Assembly (NCBI GenBank): GCA_944324345.1
Contig: CALUVT010000004.1
Location: 116,246-180,245, forward strand
Source: Candidatus Gastranaerophilales bacterium
GTDB taxonomy: Bacteria > Cyanobacteriota > Vampirovibrionia > Gastranaerophilales > Gastranaerophilaceae
DNA: 64,000 nt
Direction of reading: 5' to 3'
Shown one piece after another: positions 7,675 through 17,426 of this stretch (position 1 is the first letter of the stretch; the number at the start of each line of letters is the position of its first letter). The position numbers and the translations under genes were made by a program. The notes below the pieces were generated by a model. It did no database searches. It was not told the DNA's origin and saw nothing but the letters and a program-made list of their open reading frames with translations.

Positions 7675-8331
7675 TTACCCAAATGACCTAACACAGTTAC
7701 GCCCTTCCTGTTTTGCCCTATATAGAGCCTTATCCGCATTGTCAAACATTCCCTTTAAATCAGGAGAGTCTGAATTTGAAGATATACCGCAGCTGACAGT
7801 AACATCCAAATCATTTCCTTTAAATTTAAATCTATGTTCTTCAACAACCTTTCTAAATCGTTCAACAGGAATGTTTGCCACATCAAAAGGAGTTTCTGTA
7901 AGCAAAACAACAAATTCCTCTCCACCGTAACGGAAAATAATATCTGTCTGGCGAAAATTTTCAACCATAAGCCAGCTGATTTCTTTTAAAACATAATCTC
8001 CGCACAAATGTCCGTATGTATCATTTATACGTTTGAAAAAATCAATATCAAATATAACCATAGACAAATCCGTATTATAACGTTTTGCTCTGGCAAATTC
8101 TCTTTCAAAAGATGTTTCAAAATATCTTCGATTATATAGGTTTGTCAAAGCATCAGTTATAGACATTTGTTTTGTCTGGGTATACATAAAATTTATTTTT
8201 CGAATAACATCGAACTTATTGTCATCGGGAATATCAAAACTTTCAATGATATCCTGTATATTTCTTTGAATTTCATCTAAAACATCCGAAGGTAAATCAA
8301 AATTTGTATTTATCATATTACTGTTTTCCAT
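7675..8331 (-). CDS. Diguanylate cyclase (GGDEF domain)
   Basis: DALTNLYNRRYF, FDIDFFKRINDTYGH, RYGGEEF active-site motif. Confidence 0.85.
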   Translation of the reverse strand: MENSNMINTNFDLPSDVLDEIQRNIQDIIESFDIPDDNKFDVIRKINFMYTQTKQMSITDALTNLYNRRYFETSFEREFARAKRYNTDLSMVIFDIDFFKRINDTYGHLCGDYVLKEISWLMVENFRQTDIIFRYGGEEFVVLLTETPFDVANIPVERFRKVVEEHRFKFKGNDLDVTVSCGISSNSDSPDLKGMFDNADKALYRAKQEGRNCVRSFG

Positions 8332-8396
8332 AACCTTTTTTATAATACCAAAAATATTGTTGTCTATCCATTTTTTTGTTAAATTTAATATTAATT

Positions 8397-8978
8397 ATGA
8401 AACCTACACCAAACGAAATGCTAAAGAGATATGCCAAAGACAAAGAACACGCAAAAAGTGTTAATCGTCTTGCATTAATGATATTTGACGAAACAAGTAA
8501 AAAGATTTATGAAATGCCTCAAATCGAAAAAAATTACCTAGAATCTGCCGCTCTTCTTCACGATATAGGTTACTTCATTGAGGCCAAAAATCATAACAAA
8601 CATTCAATGCAAATGGTTATCCAAGAGGGTCTAAAAGGGTTTGATGATAGGGAAACAAAAATTATAGGCTGTATATGCCGTTACCATAGGGGCAGCCTTC
8701 CAAATAAAGAGGAACACGAAGTTTATAAAACTCTTGAGAAAAACGACAGGAAAATAGTTAAACGTTTGGGAGGAATACTCAAACTCTCCGATGGACTTTG
8801 CAAAGATCATTTATATTCTTTTAAAGACATAAAAATAGAATATGATAACAAAAACAGTATTGCAAAATTTATTCTTATCCCGCAAAGTATTCCCCCTGAC
8901 ATAAGAACAGCAATAAGAAAACGTGACTTGTTTGAAGTTGGATTTAAGTGCCAAAGTGTTTTATTAATGGGCGAATAA
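8397..8978 (+). CDS. HD-domain protein (Ppx/GppA C-terminal HD-like)
   Basis: HAKSVNRLALMIFDE ... AALLHDIGYFI ... HNKHS ... CRYHRG. ATG 8397 preferred over TTG 8376. Confidence 0.6.
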   Translation: MKPTPNEMLKRYAKDKEHAKSVNRLALMIFDETSKKIYEMPQIEKNYLESAALLHDIGYFIEAKNHNKHSMQMVIQEGLKGFDDRETKIIGCICRYHRGSLPNKEEHEVYKTLEKNDRKIVKRLGGILKLSDGLCKDHLYSFKDIKIEYDNKNSIAKFILIPQSIPPDIRTAIRKRDLFEVGFKCQSVLLMGE

Positions 8979-9104
8979 CGCATTGTAAATTTTTTGTTAC
9001 AAAGTTCCAAAAATTGTAACATTTCTTCATGAAAAATACTTTATATATATAAGGGAAAAATATGAAAGGGTTACGATAACAAGTCGTAAGTTACGGTAAA
9101 GAAA

Positions 9105-9386
9105 ATGTCATTCGATGTAAATGTTTTGAGCACAAAACCGGTTATCAAAGCAGCAGCATCCATGCAAAATGACGGAGGCGGCGGCAACCTCGGTTATATG
9201 TCACAAGGCAGAAGAGAAGAAAAACAAGAAAAAAAATATTTGGATGAAAGCATCTTCACACAGAAACCGGAATACGATACTTTCGATTTTGGAGAGGAAA
9301 AAATCGACATCCCTGAAGAAAAATTTTCACTTCACACATTTGTTGAAAAAGTTATTCTTAAGTTAAAAAATATTTTTGTAAAATAA
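9105..9386 (+). CDS. Hypothetical small acidic protein
   Basis: 93-aa ORF, no recognisable domain. Convergent with the XRE gene (4-nt gap). Confidence 0.35.
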   Translation: MSFDVNVLSTKPVIKAAASMQNDGGGGNLGYMSQGRREEKQEKKYLDESIFTQKPEYDTFDFGEEKIDIPEEKFSLHTFVEKVILKLKNIFVK

Positions 9387-9390
9387 TAAA

Positions 9391-9702
9391 TTAGTTCAAA
9401 TTTTTTGAAATTTCATAAAGAAGTTTTAGATTTTTGTTATCAAGCAGTTTTACGGAATCAATAATCCTGTTTTCCAACTCTTCTCTTGATAAACTCTCAC
9501 CATACTTGAAAAAGTCTGAAACATTAATCTGCAAAGCATTAGAAAGTTTTTCTATCAATTCACAGGATGGAAATCCTTTTGCATTCTCCAAAAAAGAAAT
9601 ATAGCGGAAATCCACACCCACAATTTCTGCCAGTTTTTCTTGCGTCATTTTCTTAGATTTCCGAAATTTTTTCAGGTTTTCTGCAAATCTTTCTTTTATC
9701 AT
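9391..9702 (-). CDS. XRE-family helix-turn-helix transcriptional regulator
   Basis: LKKFRKSKKMTQEKLAEIVGVDFRYISFLENAKGFPS is a classic HTH_3 pattern. Confidence 0.8.
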   Translation of the reverse strand: MIKERFAENLKKFRKSKKMTQEKLAEIVGVDFRYISFLENAKGFPSCELIEKLSNALQINVSDFFKYGESLSREELENRIIDSVKLLDNKNLKLLYEISKNLN

Positions 9703-9767
9703 ATAACCTCATATATAGTTTATTAATTAAATTAATAAATTTTTACTAATTATTTTAAAGAATTATA

Positions 9768-9796
9768 TTGACATTTTTCTAATTAATTTATAGAAT
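9768..9796 (+). promoter_or_regulatory. Candidate sigma70 promoter of the glycosyltransferase operon
   Basis: TTGACA (9768-9773), 17-nt spacer, TAGAAT (9791-9796). About 55 nt upstream of ATG 9852. Confidence 0.5.
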
Positions 9797-9834
9797 TTCA
9801 TGTAACTATTTAGAATTATCCTATAGAAATTCAT
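9789..9834 (+). repeat. Three TAGAA-core direct repeats (TATAGAATTTCAT / TTTAGAATTATC / TATAGAAATTCAT)
   Basis: Read directly. They overlap the -10 and leader of the GT operon and sit in the divergent region shared with the XRE regulator. Confidence 0.4.
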
Positions 9835-9851
9835 AAAAGGAGATTGGTAAA

Positions 9852-10718
9852 ATGCCAAAAATTAGTGTTATAGTACCTGTATATAACGTTGAAAAGTTTC
9901 TTGAAAAATGTTTGAAAAGCATAATAGAACAAACTTTTGAAAATCTTGAAATTATATGTATCAATGATGGTTCAACAGACAATAGTCTTTCTATTTTGAA
10001 TTCTTACGCTGCTAAAGATCCAAGAATTAAAATTTTAAGTCAAACAAATCAGGGACAATCCTGTGCAAGAAACGCCGGACTTGAAATTGCATCGGGGGAA
10101 TATATCGGATTTGTGGATTCAGATGATTGGATAGACCTTGATTTTTATGAAAAGCTTTATAATACAGCAAAAAAGTATGACGCTGATATAGCTGTTGCAA
10201 GTATTAAGAGACTAAGAACATACAAGTGGAAATACCACCTGAAAATAGAAAAAGAAGAAGTAACAGAAGATATTAACAAAAAATTTTTCCTCTGCGATGT
10301 CCCTGATAAATGCTACGTTTGGAATAAAATTTATAAAGCTTCTGAACTAAAAAAATACAACATAAAATTTGAACCCGGAGTATTTTTTGAAGACAGATGC
10401 TATACAGCAGAAGTCTTAGTGAATTTAAAAACACTTGTAACTGTTCCTGATACTTATTACAATTATTGGACTAACAATAAATCCACTGTCAAAACAAAAT
10501 CACCTAAAAAATCAGCAGATTCTAAATATACATACAAAAAAATGATGGATTATCTGAAAGAAAATAATATAAATCTTGATCATTACTTTTTAGACATAAA
10601 AAGAATAAAGTTGTTTGGACTTACAATTTTTAAAACCAAAATTTTTAAAGCAAAAAAGCAATACACCTTATTAAATTTTATAAAATTTGAAATAAAACAG
10701 CCGGTTTTACAAAAATAA
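9852..10718 (+). CDS. Glycosyltransferase family 2
   Basis: ISVIVPVYNVEKFLEKCL, INDGSTDNS, DSDD (DxD). Confidence 0.85.
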   Translation: MPKISVIVPVYNVEKFLEKCLKSIIEQTFENLEIICINDGSTDNSLSILNSYAAKDPRIKILSQTNQGQSCARNAGLEIASGEYIGFVDSDDWIDLDFYEKLYNTAKKYDADIAVASIKRLRTYKWKYHLKIEKEEVTEDINKKFFLCDVPDKCYVWNKIYKASELKKYNIKFEPGVFFEDRCYTAEVLVNLKTLVTVPDTYYNYWTNNKSTVKTKSPKKSADSKYTYKKMMDYLKENNINLDHYFLDIKRIKLFGLTIFKTKIFKAKKQYTLLNFIKFEIKQPVLQK

Positions 10719-10743
10719 AATTTATGCTATCATTTTTCTTGTG

Positions 10744-11622
10744 ATGACAAAGATTAGTGTGATAATCCCTGTTTATAATACAGCACAATATTTAGAAAGG
10801 TGTCTTGACAGCCTTCTTAGGCAGACACTTTCAGATATTGAAATTATTTGTATTGACGACGGTTCAAAGGATAATTCTTTAGAAGTTCTTGAAAAAATCA
10901 AAAAATCAAATCCTACCTCAAATTTGCAGATTATCAAACTAGAAAATCAAGGGGTATCTCGGGCAAGAAATGCAGGGATGAAAGTTGCACAGGGAGAATA
11001 TATCGGGTTTGTCGACTCGGATGACTGGATTGATTTAGATTTTTTTGAAAAGCTTTATAATACCGCTAAAAAATATGATGCTGATATAGCTTGTACTGAC
11101 TTTATCAGAGAACATCCAAAAGCACGTAAAATAAGACTAAATATTACGGAAGAAAAGGTTTATACAACCCCTGAGAGCAAATTCCTTGTATGCAAAACAC
11201 ATCGGGAAGGTTGTATCTGGAACAAAATATACAGAACAGAACTATTGAGAGGGATTAAACTTGAATTTATTCCTGATATGTACTATGAAGACAGAGATTT
11301 CACTACACGTGCTTTATATTATGCAAACAAACTTGTAACCGTTCCAAACACCTACTACCATTATTTTGTCAACCCAAAATCAATCGTTAAAAAAGGCGGA
11401 AATAAATTTCAGGATGAACATTATATTCTTTCTCGCCGTCAGGTTTTGGATTTTATTAAAGAAAAAAATATAAATGTTCCCGATGGACTTTATAAAGCCG
11501 AGAAATCAAGATTTAAAATTTTTGGCAAGACACTTTTTTCTATTAGAGAAAGCATTAATACCGAATATGTACTTCTATTTGGTAAGATTAATATTTTTAA
11601 GTACAAAAAGAGGGTAAAATGA
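10744..11622 (+). CDS. Glycosyltransferase family 2 (tandem paralog)
   Basis: ISVIIPVYNTAQYLERCL, IDDGSKDNS, DSDD. Shares a 36-aa block, differing at one residue, with the upstream paralog. Confidence 0.85.
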   Translation: MTKISVIIPVYNTAQYLERCLDSLLRQTLSDIEIICIDDGSKDNSLEVLEKIKKSNPTSNLQIIKLENQGVSRARNAGMKVAQGEYIGFVDSDDWIDLDFFEKLYNTAKKYDADIACTDFIREHPKARKIRLNITEEKVYTTPESKFLVCKTHREGCIWNKIYRTELLRGIKLEFIPDMYYEDRDFTTRALYYANKLVTVPNTYYHYFVNPKSIVKKGGNKFQDEHYILSRRQVLDFIKEKNINVPDGLYKAEKSRFKIFGKTLFSIRESINTEYVLLFGKINIFKYKKRVK

Positions 11623-12530
11623 CAAATATTAACGTTTGTATATCATGTGATGATAATTATGCAAAATATGCATCGGTTGTCATGGCGTCTATACTATCAA
11701 ATGCATCCGAAGAAGATGACTTACATTTTTATATTTTGGATGGAGAGATATCTGACGATAGCAAAGCTAAGATGATGACTTTGAAAGAATTTAAAAATTG
11801 TGAAATAAATTTTGTAAAAGTCGATGAATCCAAACTTGAAATATACAAACGAATAAATACACACAAATACATTACACTTCCGACTTACTATCGGTTAATA
11901 TTATCTGAGCTTTTGCCTAACGTTGAAAGAGTAATATATCTTGATTGTGACACTGTTGTGAACGTAAGTCTTAAAGAATTGTTTGAAACTGATTTAGAAG
12001 AAAATATTATAGCAGGAGTTTTGGACGCAAGAGTAAAACATAAGAAAAAGTGGAAAAATTCTAAATATATCAACGCCGGAATGGTAGTATTTGACCTTGC
12101 AAAAATCCGAAAAGAAAATATTGAACAAAAATTTTACGAATACACAAAAAATAATATTGATAAAATCGAAACCGGTGATCAGGATATAATCAATTACACT
12201 TTAAGTGGCAGAATAAAAATACTTGATGATGATTGGAATGTTCAGGTTAGTGGGTTTGCAAGCAGGACATCTTTTACAAAGCGACCTAAAATTATTCACT
12301 ATATAGGATATTATAAACCTTGGGTATTTGGTTCCTGCACGTTTTTTAAAGATCTTTATTTTAAATATCTTCAAATGACACCTTGGGCTTTAAACGAAGA
12401 AGAACAAAAATATTGGTATGATGAAAACAAAAAAGTCAGCCGTCGAAATTTTTGGAAAAAACGTCCGCTTTGTTTTTTGAACCCTAAATATATTTATGCA
12501 TTTTACTGTTCGTATATTAAACAACAATAA
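11619..12530 (+). CDS. Glycosyltransferase family 8 (LPS/LOS alpha-1,3-hexosyltransferase-like)
   Basis: CDDNYA, YYRL, YLDCDT (DxD), NAGMVVFDL, DQDIIN. ATGA overlap with the preceding gene. Confidence 0.8.
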   Translation: MTNINVCISCDDNYAKYASVVMASILSNASEEDDLHFYILDGEISDDSKAKMMTLKEFKNCEINFVKVDESKLEIYKRINTHKYITLPTYYRLILSELLPNVERVIYLDCDTVVNVSLKELFETDLEENIIAGVLDARVKHKKKWKNSKYINAGMVVFDLAKIRKENIEQKFYEYTKNNIDKIETGDQDIINYTLSGRIKILDDDWNVQVSGFASRTSFTKRPKIIHYIGYYKPWVFGSCTFFKDLYFKYLQMTPWALNEEEQKYWYDENKKVSRRNFWKKRPLCFLNPKYIYAFYCSYIKQQ

Positions 12531-12556
12531 ATTTAATTTTGTGATATCATTAACTT

Positions 12557-13825
12557 ATGGATAAGAAGATTAAAGTTGGGTTAATAGGATTAGGCACAGT
12601 TGGATCAGGGGTTTTTAAAACTCTTAGGAATTTTAATGAAATTGAAGTTTCAAAAATTGCAGTAAAAAATATCAACAAAAAACGTGATATTGAGGGATTA
12701 GAAACTTCGATGCTCACGGATAATGCTTACGAAATTGTTAATAACCCCGAAATTGATATAGTGGCAGAACTTGTCGGCGGGATAGAACCTGCATTTGACT
12801 TAATATCGACAGCAATAAAAAACGGTAAACATATAGTTACCGCAAATAAAGAACTTCTAGCCAAATGCGGCGAAGATATATTTAAACTTGCAGAAAAATA
12901 CAACAGAGTTATTCTTTATGAAGCGGCAATAGCCGGTGGTATTCCTATTATCATGCCTGTAAAAACAATTCTTGCAGGGAATGATATCACTCACATTGAG
13001 GCAATTTTAAACGGAACAACAAATTACATTTTAACAAAAATGGATGTTCAAAAAGCATCTTACGCAGACGTTTTGAAAGAAGCTCAAGAATTGGGTTATG
13101 CGGAAGCTGACCCGACAGGTGATGTTGAGGGATTTGATGCGGCTTATAAAATTGCGACTCTTGCATCAATAACTTTTAACAAACGTATTGATATAAAAAA
13201 AGTTTATAGGGAAGGTATCACAAAAATCAGAGCAAAGGATATGGAAGCTGCAAACGATTTGGGGTACAAAATTAAACTTATTGCCTCTGCAAATATTGAT
13301 GAGAATGACAATGCAGATGTCAGAGTTCATCCTATGCTTGTTTCTAAAAAATCAACTCTTGCACATATTGATTATGTAACAAATGCTGTTATGCTAAAAG
13401 GGCATCCTGTTGGAAGTATAACACTTTCAGGCCCCGGTGCTGGAGAATTCCCGACAGCGAGTTCTGTTGTCGGTGATATCTTAGCAATAGCCGCAGAAAT
13501 TGGGAAATCTGATTATATACTTCCCATGATGAGATGTAAACACAATTCTGCAGCACACATGCTTGATATTTCTGAAACTACAAACAAATATTACATATCA
13601 ATTCACGCCAACAATAACAAGGGTGTAATCGGCAAAATCGGAACGATTTGTGCTGATAATGATATAAGTCTTGCAAGTATAGTACAAAAGTGTGTTTCAG
13701 AGGACAATACTGCAGATATAACAGTTATCACAGAACTTGTTAAAGAAAAGAATATGCAAAATGCTATAAAATTGATTGAAAAAGACGGAAATATTGTCGA
13801 AAATCTAATCAGAGTTCAAGTTTAA
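12557..13825 (+). CDS. hom: Homoserine dehydrogenase
   Basis: [14 protein letters not shown]-binding site, catalytic region, C-terminal ACT-like domain. Confidence 0.9.
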   Translation: MDKKIKVGLIGLGTVGSGVFKTLRNFNEIEVSKIAVKNINKKRDIEGLETSMLTDNAYEIVNNPEIDIVAELVGGIEPAFDLISTAIKNGKHIVTANKELLAKCGEDIFKLAEKYNRVILYEAAIAGGIPIIMPVKTILAGNDITHIEAILNGTTNYILTKMDVQKASYADVLKEAQELGYAEADPTGDVEGFDAAYKIATLASITFNKRIDIKKVYREGITKIRAKDMEAANDLGYKIKLIASANIDENDNADVRVHPMLVSKKSTLAHIDYVTNAVMLKGHPVGSITLSGPGAGEFPTASSVVGDILAIAAEIGKSDYILPMMRCKHNSAAHMLDISETTNKYYISIHANNNKGVIGKIGTICADNDISLASIVQKCVSEDNTADITVITELVKEKNMQNAIKLIEKDGNIVENLIRVQV

Positions 13826-13845
13826 ACAAAATAAAAGAGGGATTT

Positions 13846-14898
13846 ATGTACTATCAAGGATTAATAAATACATTTAGAGAATACTTACCTGTGAGTGAAA
13901 AGACTCCTGTCATAACTTTAAATGAAGGGAATACCCCTTTAATAAAGGCCGAAAATCTAGCAAAAAGAATCGGACTAGATGCAGAAATTTACTTAAAATT
14001 TGAAGGCTGCAACCCGACAGGCAGTTTTAAAGATCGTGGAATGACAATGGCAGTATCAAAAGCAAAGGAAGAAGGTTCAGGTGCCATAATTTGTGCCTCT
14101 ACAGGGAACACATCAGCTTCTGCAGCAGCCTATGGGGCAAAAGCTGGAATGAGAACTTTTGTATTAATCCCTGATGGATATATAGCACTTGGCAAACTTT
14201 CACAAGCTATGATGTATGGGGCTGAAATTATTGCTATAAAAGGGAACTTTGATGAAGCATTGGAGATGGTAAGAAAAATTTCTGACAACTATCCTATTAC
14301 ACTTGTAAACTCTGTTAATCCATATAGAATAGAGGGGCAAAAAACAGGTGCATTTGAAATATGCAATGCTTTGGGGCAAGCTCCTGATTACCACTTTATT
14401 CCTGTAGGCAATGCCGGCAATATTACTGCATATTGGAAGGGTTACAAACAATGGCACCAAGCAGGTAAAATCCCTTCATTACCTAAAATGATGGGGTTTG
14501 AAGCAGAAGGTGCAGCAGCTATTGTAAAAGGAGAAAGAATATATAAGCCCGAAACCCTTGCAACAGCAATCCGAATAGGAAATCCTGCAAGCTGGAAACA
14601 AGCAGAAGCGGCCAGAGATGAAAGCAACGGCATGATTAATTTTGTAACTGATGAAGAAATTGTAAAAGCATACAAACTTATCGCATCAACTGAAGGTGTA
14701 CTTGCAGAACCTGCAAGTGCCGCATCTGTTGCAGGTTTAATCAAAGTAAAAGATAAAGTAAAAGAAGGATCAAAAGTCGTTTGTATTTTGACCGGAAACG
14801 GTTTAAAAGACCCTGACAACGCCATAAAATATTCCAACTCAGACGTTAAAAAAACGTCAGTAGATATGACAGAAATTTTAAGGGCAATGAATATTTAA
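13846..14898 (+). CDS. thrC: Threonine synthase
   Basis: PLP-lysine motif [24 protein letters not shown]. Confidence 0.9.
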   Translation: MYYQGLINTFREYLPVSEKTPVITLNEGNTPLIKAENLAKRIGLDAEIYLKFEGCNPTGSFKDRGMTMAVSKAKEEGSGAIICASTGNTSASAAAYGAKAGMRTFVLIPDGYIALGKLSQAMMYGAEIIAIKGNFDEALEMVRKISDNYPITLVNSVNPYRIEGQKTGAFEICNALGQAPDYHFIPVGNAGNITAYWKGYKQWHQAGKIPSLPKMMGFEAEGAAAIVKGERIYKPETLATAIRIGNPASWKQAEAARDESNGMINFVTDEEIVKAYKLIASTEGVLAEPASAASVAGLIKVKDKVKEGSKVVCILTGNGLKDPDNAIKYSNSDVKKTSVDMTEILRAMNI

Positions 14899-14923
14899 GC
14901 ATTATTACAGTTTTGGCAAAGTT

Positions 14924-15508
14924 TTATTTCTTCGTCAAATCCTCAGTAATAATCCCTCCGGAACCTCTGTCTATTTCACGTTTTATAGGATTTCCGTCTT
15001 TATCAAACCAAGTTTTGACAGAACCTCTTTGTTCATACATTTCAGCTAAAGTGCCATTTTCATCAAACTTGTACATTTTCATAATGTCTGCAGGGTATTC
15101 CTTAACACTTTCTGTTTTTTTTACGCCATTATCATAGTAAGAATATTCATATTCTTTCTTCATAGCCTGCACATTATTTTCATCATATACAATATCAATT
15201 TGATTCACAATTCTGTCAGCTTCATCATATTGACGCCCTATTTCCAGATTTTTGTGACGGGCATATTCGTTAGTAAGCTGCCCTTTATGATTGTATATTC
15301 TTGAAATATACACATTATCGGGGCTTATTTCGTAAACTATATGACCAACTTGGTCATCTTTTTCATAAACTTTTGTCCCATCCTCCTTAATATATGAAGG
15401 AAGCATTTGTGGCGTTTTTTTATCAGAATTTAAGGGATTTGCAAAAAAATTTTCGAACATAAAAGTACTATCGACAAAAATGTACAAAACTTTAAAAATT
15501 TCATACAT
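14924..15508 (-). CDS. Hypothetical protein with YD/MORN-like beta-hairpin repeats
   Basis: Repeated Y-x-(Y/F)-D-x-(N/D)-G units (YSYYDNGVKK, YKFDENGTLA, WFDKDGNPIK). Start uncertain. Confidence 0.45.
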   Translation of the reverse strand: MYEIFKVLYIFVDSTFMFENFFANPLNSDKKTPQMLPSYIKEDGTKVYEKDDQVGHIVYEISPDNVYISRIYNHKGQLTNEYARHKNLEIGRQYDEADRIVNQIDIVYDENNVQAMKKEYEYSYYDNGVKKTESVKEYPADIMKMYKFDENGTLAEMYEQRGSVKTWFDKDGNPIKREIDRGSGGIITEDLTKK

Positions 15509-15537
15509 ATAAATGAAATTATGATATAATTTTTATT

Positions 15538-16419
15538 ATGAAGAAGTTGGTTATTTTATTCTTGTTGTTTCCTTGTCTTTCTGTAATGTCGAATGAGATA
15601 ACAGAAGATTATTTTGATATAGCATCAAATTATGCTACATACGGTCAGTACAAAGAAGCAGGGGAATATCTCGATAAAATCTTAGGAATTGAACCTGCAA
15701 ATTCTGATGCATTTGAACTCAAAAAGATTATTTTCAGAGTAACAAATCCAAATACAAAATCCTACCTCTCAACAAATAATAAAACCGTAAGTAGTGCTGT
15801 ATCGTTTAAAAATAAAGGTGATAAGGACAAAATGATTTCTGCACTTTCCTCAAATCAAAACGATTTTTGGTCTTGTTACCTTCTGGCAAATTTCTACTTA
15901 GAGGATAAAAATTTTCCGGACGCTATAAAATTTTATGAAAAATCAATAACTTTACAACCGAATTTTTCACAAAGTTATCTTGGACTTGGACAAAGCTTTT
16001 TAGGAAATGGCGATTTCCAAAATGCTATAACAAATTTTAACAAGTATCTTTCTTATAACAAAAATTCCGACCTTGCATACGCTTTACGCGGACTTGCCTA
16101 TATGAATGCAGGAGACATAACTCAAGCAGAAAACGATATTAAACAGGCTTTAAAAATAGATGAAAACTTCTCATACCTGCTCATTCAAGCCAAAATTCTG
16201 TACAATAAAGGGGACTATAACACAGCTAAGGAAAAATTCTCTGTCTTATCAAAAAATATTCAAACATCAGAAGTTTACAAATATATGGGTTTGTGCGATT
16301 ATGCTCTAGGCGATTATACAAATGCTTTGCTTAATCTTGATAAAGCAATCATACTCTCTGATGAAGACAAAAGTTTAGATGCAAAGTATAATGAAATAAA
16401 ATCAAAACTGGAAAAGTAA
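15538..16419 (+). CDS. Secreted TPR-repeat protein
   Basis: Signal peptide plus several 34-aa TPR units (A..Y..A..L.P.N). Confidence 0.75.
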   Translation: MKKLVILFLLFPCLSVMSNEITEDYFDIASNYATYGQYKEAGEYLDKILGIEPANSDAFELKKIIFRVTNPNTKSYLSTNNKTVSSAVSFKNKGDKDKMISALSSNQNDFWSCYLLANFYLEDKNFPDAIKFYEKSITLQPNFSQSYLGLGQSFLGNGDFQNAITNFNKYLSYNKNSDLAYALRGLAYMNAGDITQAENDIKQALKIDENFSYLLIQAKILYNKGDYNTAKEKFSVLSKNIQTSEVYKYMGLCDYALGDYTNALLNLDKAIILSDEDKSLDAKYNEIKSKLEK

Positions 16420-17399
16420 TGACAAGAAAACATGTAATGAAAAAAGAATCAACAATGTCAAGAATCAAAAACTGGACAATATCAATACTACTTGCCGGTT
16501 TAATGCTTTTTGGGCTTCAATGTTACAGCTTAAATACGTCATCTCTGAAATTTGCACAAGTAAGCGATGTTCATTATTACACAGGCTCAAATAACACAAC
16601 TTACAAAATGATTGCAGAATCTCCAAAGTTATTGGACGACGCAATTGAACAGATAAATGCAACCCCGAATGTTTCATTTGTAATGTTTACGGGAGATTTG
16701 ATTGATAAAGCTTTTGAAAAGGAACTAAGTGCATTTCTCCCACATACCGAAAAGTTAAAAACTCCTTGGTACTTCGCATTCGGCAATCACGATACGATGT
16801 TAGGAGGATATTTAACCCCGTCAGTTTATATGCAGATGGTGAACAAATACAATAAAAATTACAAATTTGAAAAAACTTATTATTCTTTTAAGCCCCAAGA
16901 AGGTTTTAAAGTAATAGTTTTAGACACGATTATTCGAGAAAGACTCACATCTAACGGAAGATTGGGAGATGAACAGCTTGAATGGCTTGACAATGAACTT
17001 AAAGATTCGCAAAAAGATATTGTCTTGATTTTTATGCATATTCCTGTCGTTGAACCATACGTAAGCCCAAATCACAGATTGCTTGACGGATATAAAATGG
17101 AAGATATTTTAGCTAAATATAAGAACCCTATAGGAGTTTTTCAAGGGCATTACCATGGGGCAAAAATTACTCAAAAAGGTAATATTTTGTACGTTAGCTG
17201 TCCTTCCATGGTAACTTATCCAAACGCATTCAGAATGGTTACAGTAACAAACTACAGAAATAAAGTTGTATTTAATATTGAAAATAAAGAGACAGGTCTT
17301 AAAAATATTCAAAAACTTGCCAAACTTCTTGTGTTTGGATCAAGCGTATACACAGGTTCAGAAAATGACCAGAATGCTACAATTACAATAAAGAAATAG
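16419..17399 (+). CDS. Calcineurin-like metallophosphoesterase, membrane-anchored/secreted
   Basis: QVSDVHY, TGDLID, GNHD, IFMHIP, GHYHG motifs. TAATG overlap with the upstream gene. Confidence 0.75.
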   Translation: MTRKHVMKKESTMSRIKNWTISILLAGLMLFGLQCYSLNTSSLKFAQVSDVHYYTGSNNTTYKMIAESPKLLDDAIEQINATPNVSFVMFTGDLIDKAFEKELSAFLPHTEKLKTPWYFAFGNHDTMLGGYLTPSVYMQMVNKYNKNYKFEKTYYSFKPQEGFKVIVLDTIIRERLTSNGRLGDEQLEWLDNELKDSQKDIVLIFMHIPVVEPYVSPNHRLLDGYKMEDILAKYKNPIGVFQGHYHGAKITQKGNILYVSCPSMVTYPNAFRMVTVTNYRNKVVFNIENKETGLKNIQKLAKLLVFGSSVYTGSENDQNATITIKK

Positions 17400-17426
17400 A
17401 TAAATAAAAAAAACGAGGATAAAAAA

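Noticed and set aside
14442-14837. 131-aa ORF antisense to thrC. Similar long antisense ORFs occur at 36039-36467, 58944-59336, 27737-28132, 1625-2076, 30291-30617 and 56481-56813.
   Set aside because: Each lies entirely inside a confidently identified conserved gene on the other strand. They give low-complexity or hydrophobic nonsense translations and lack an SD, so they are frame-shadow artefacts.
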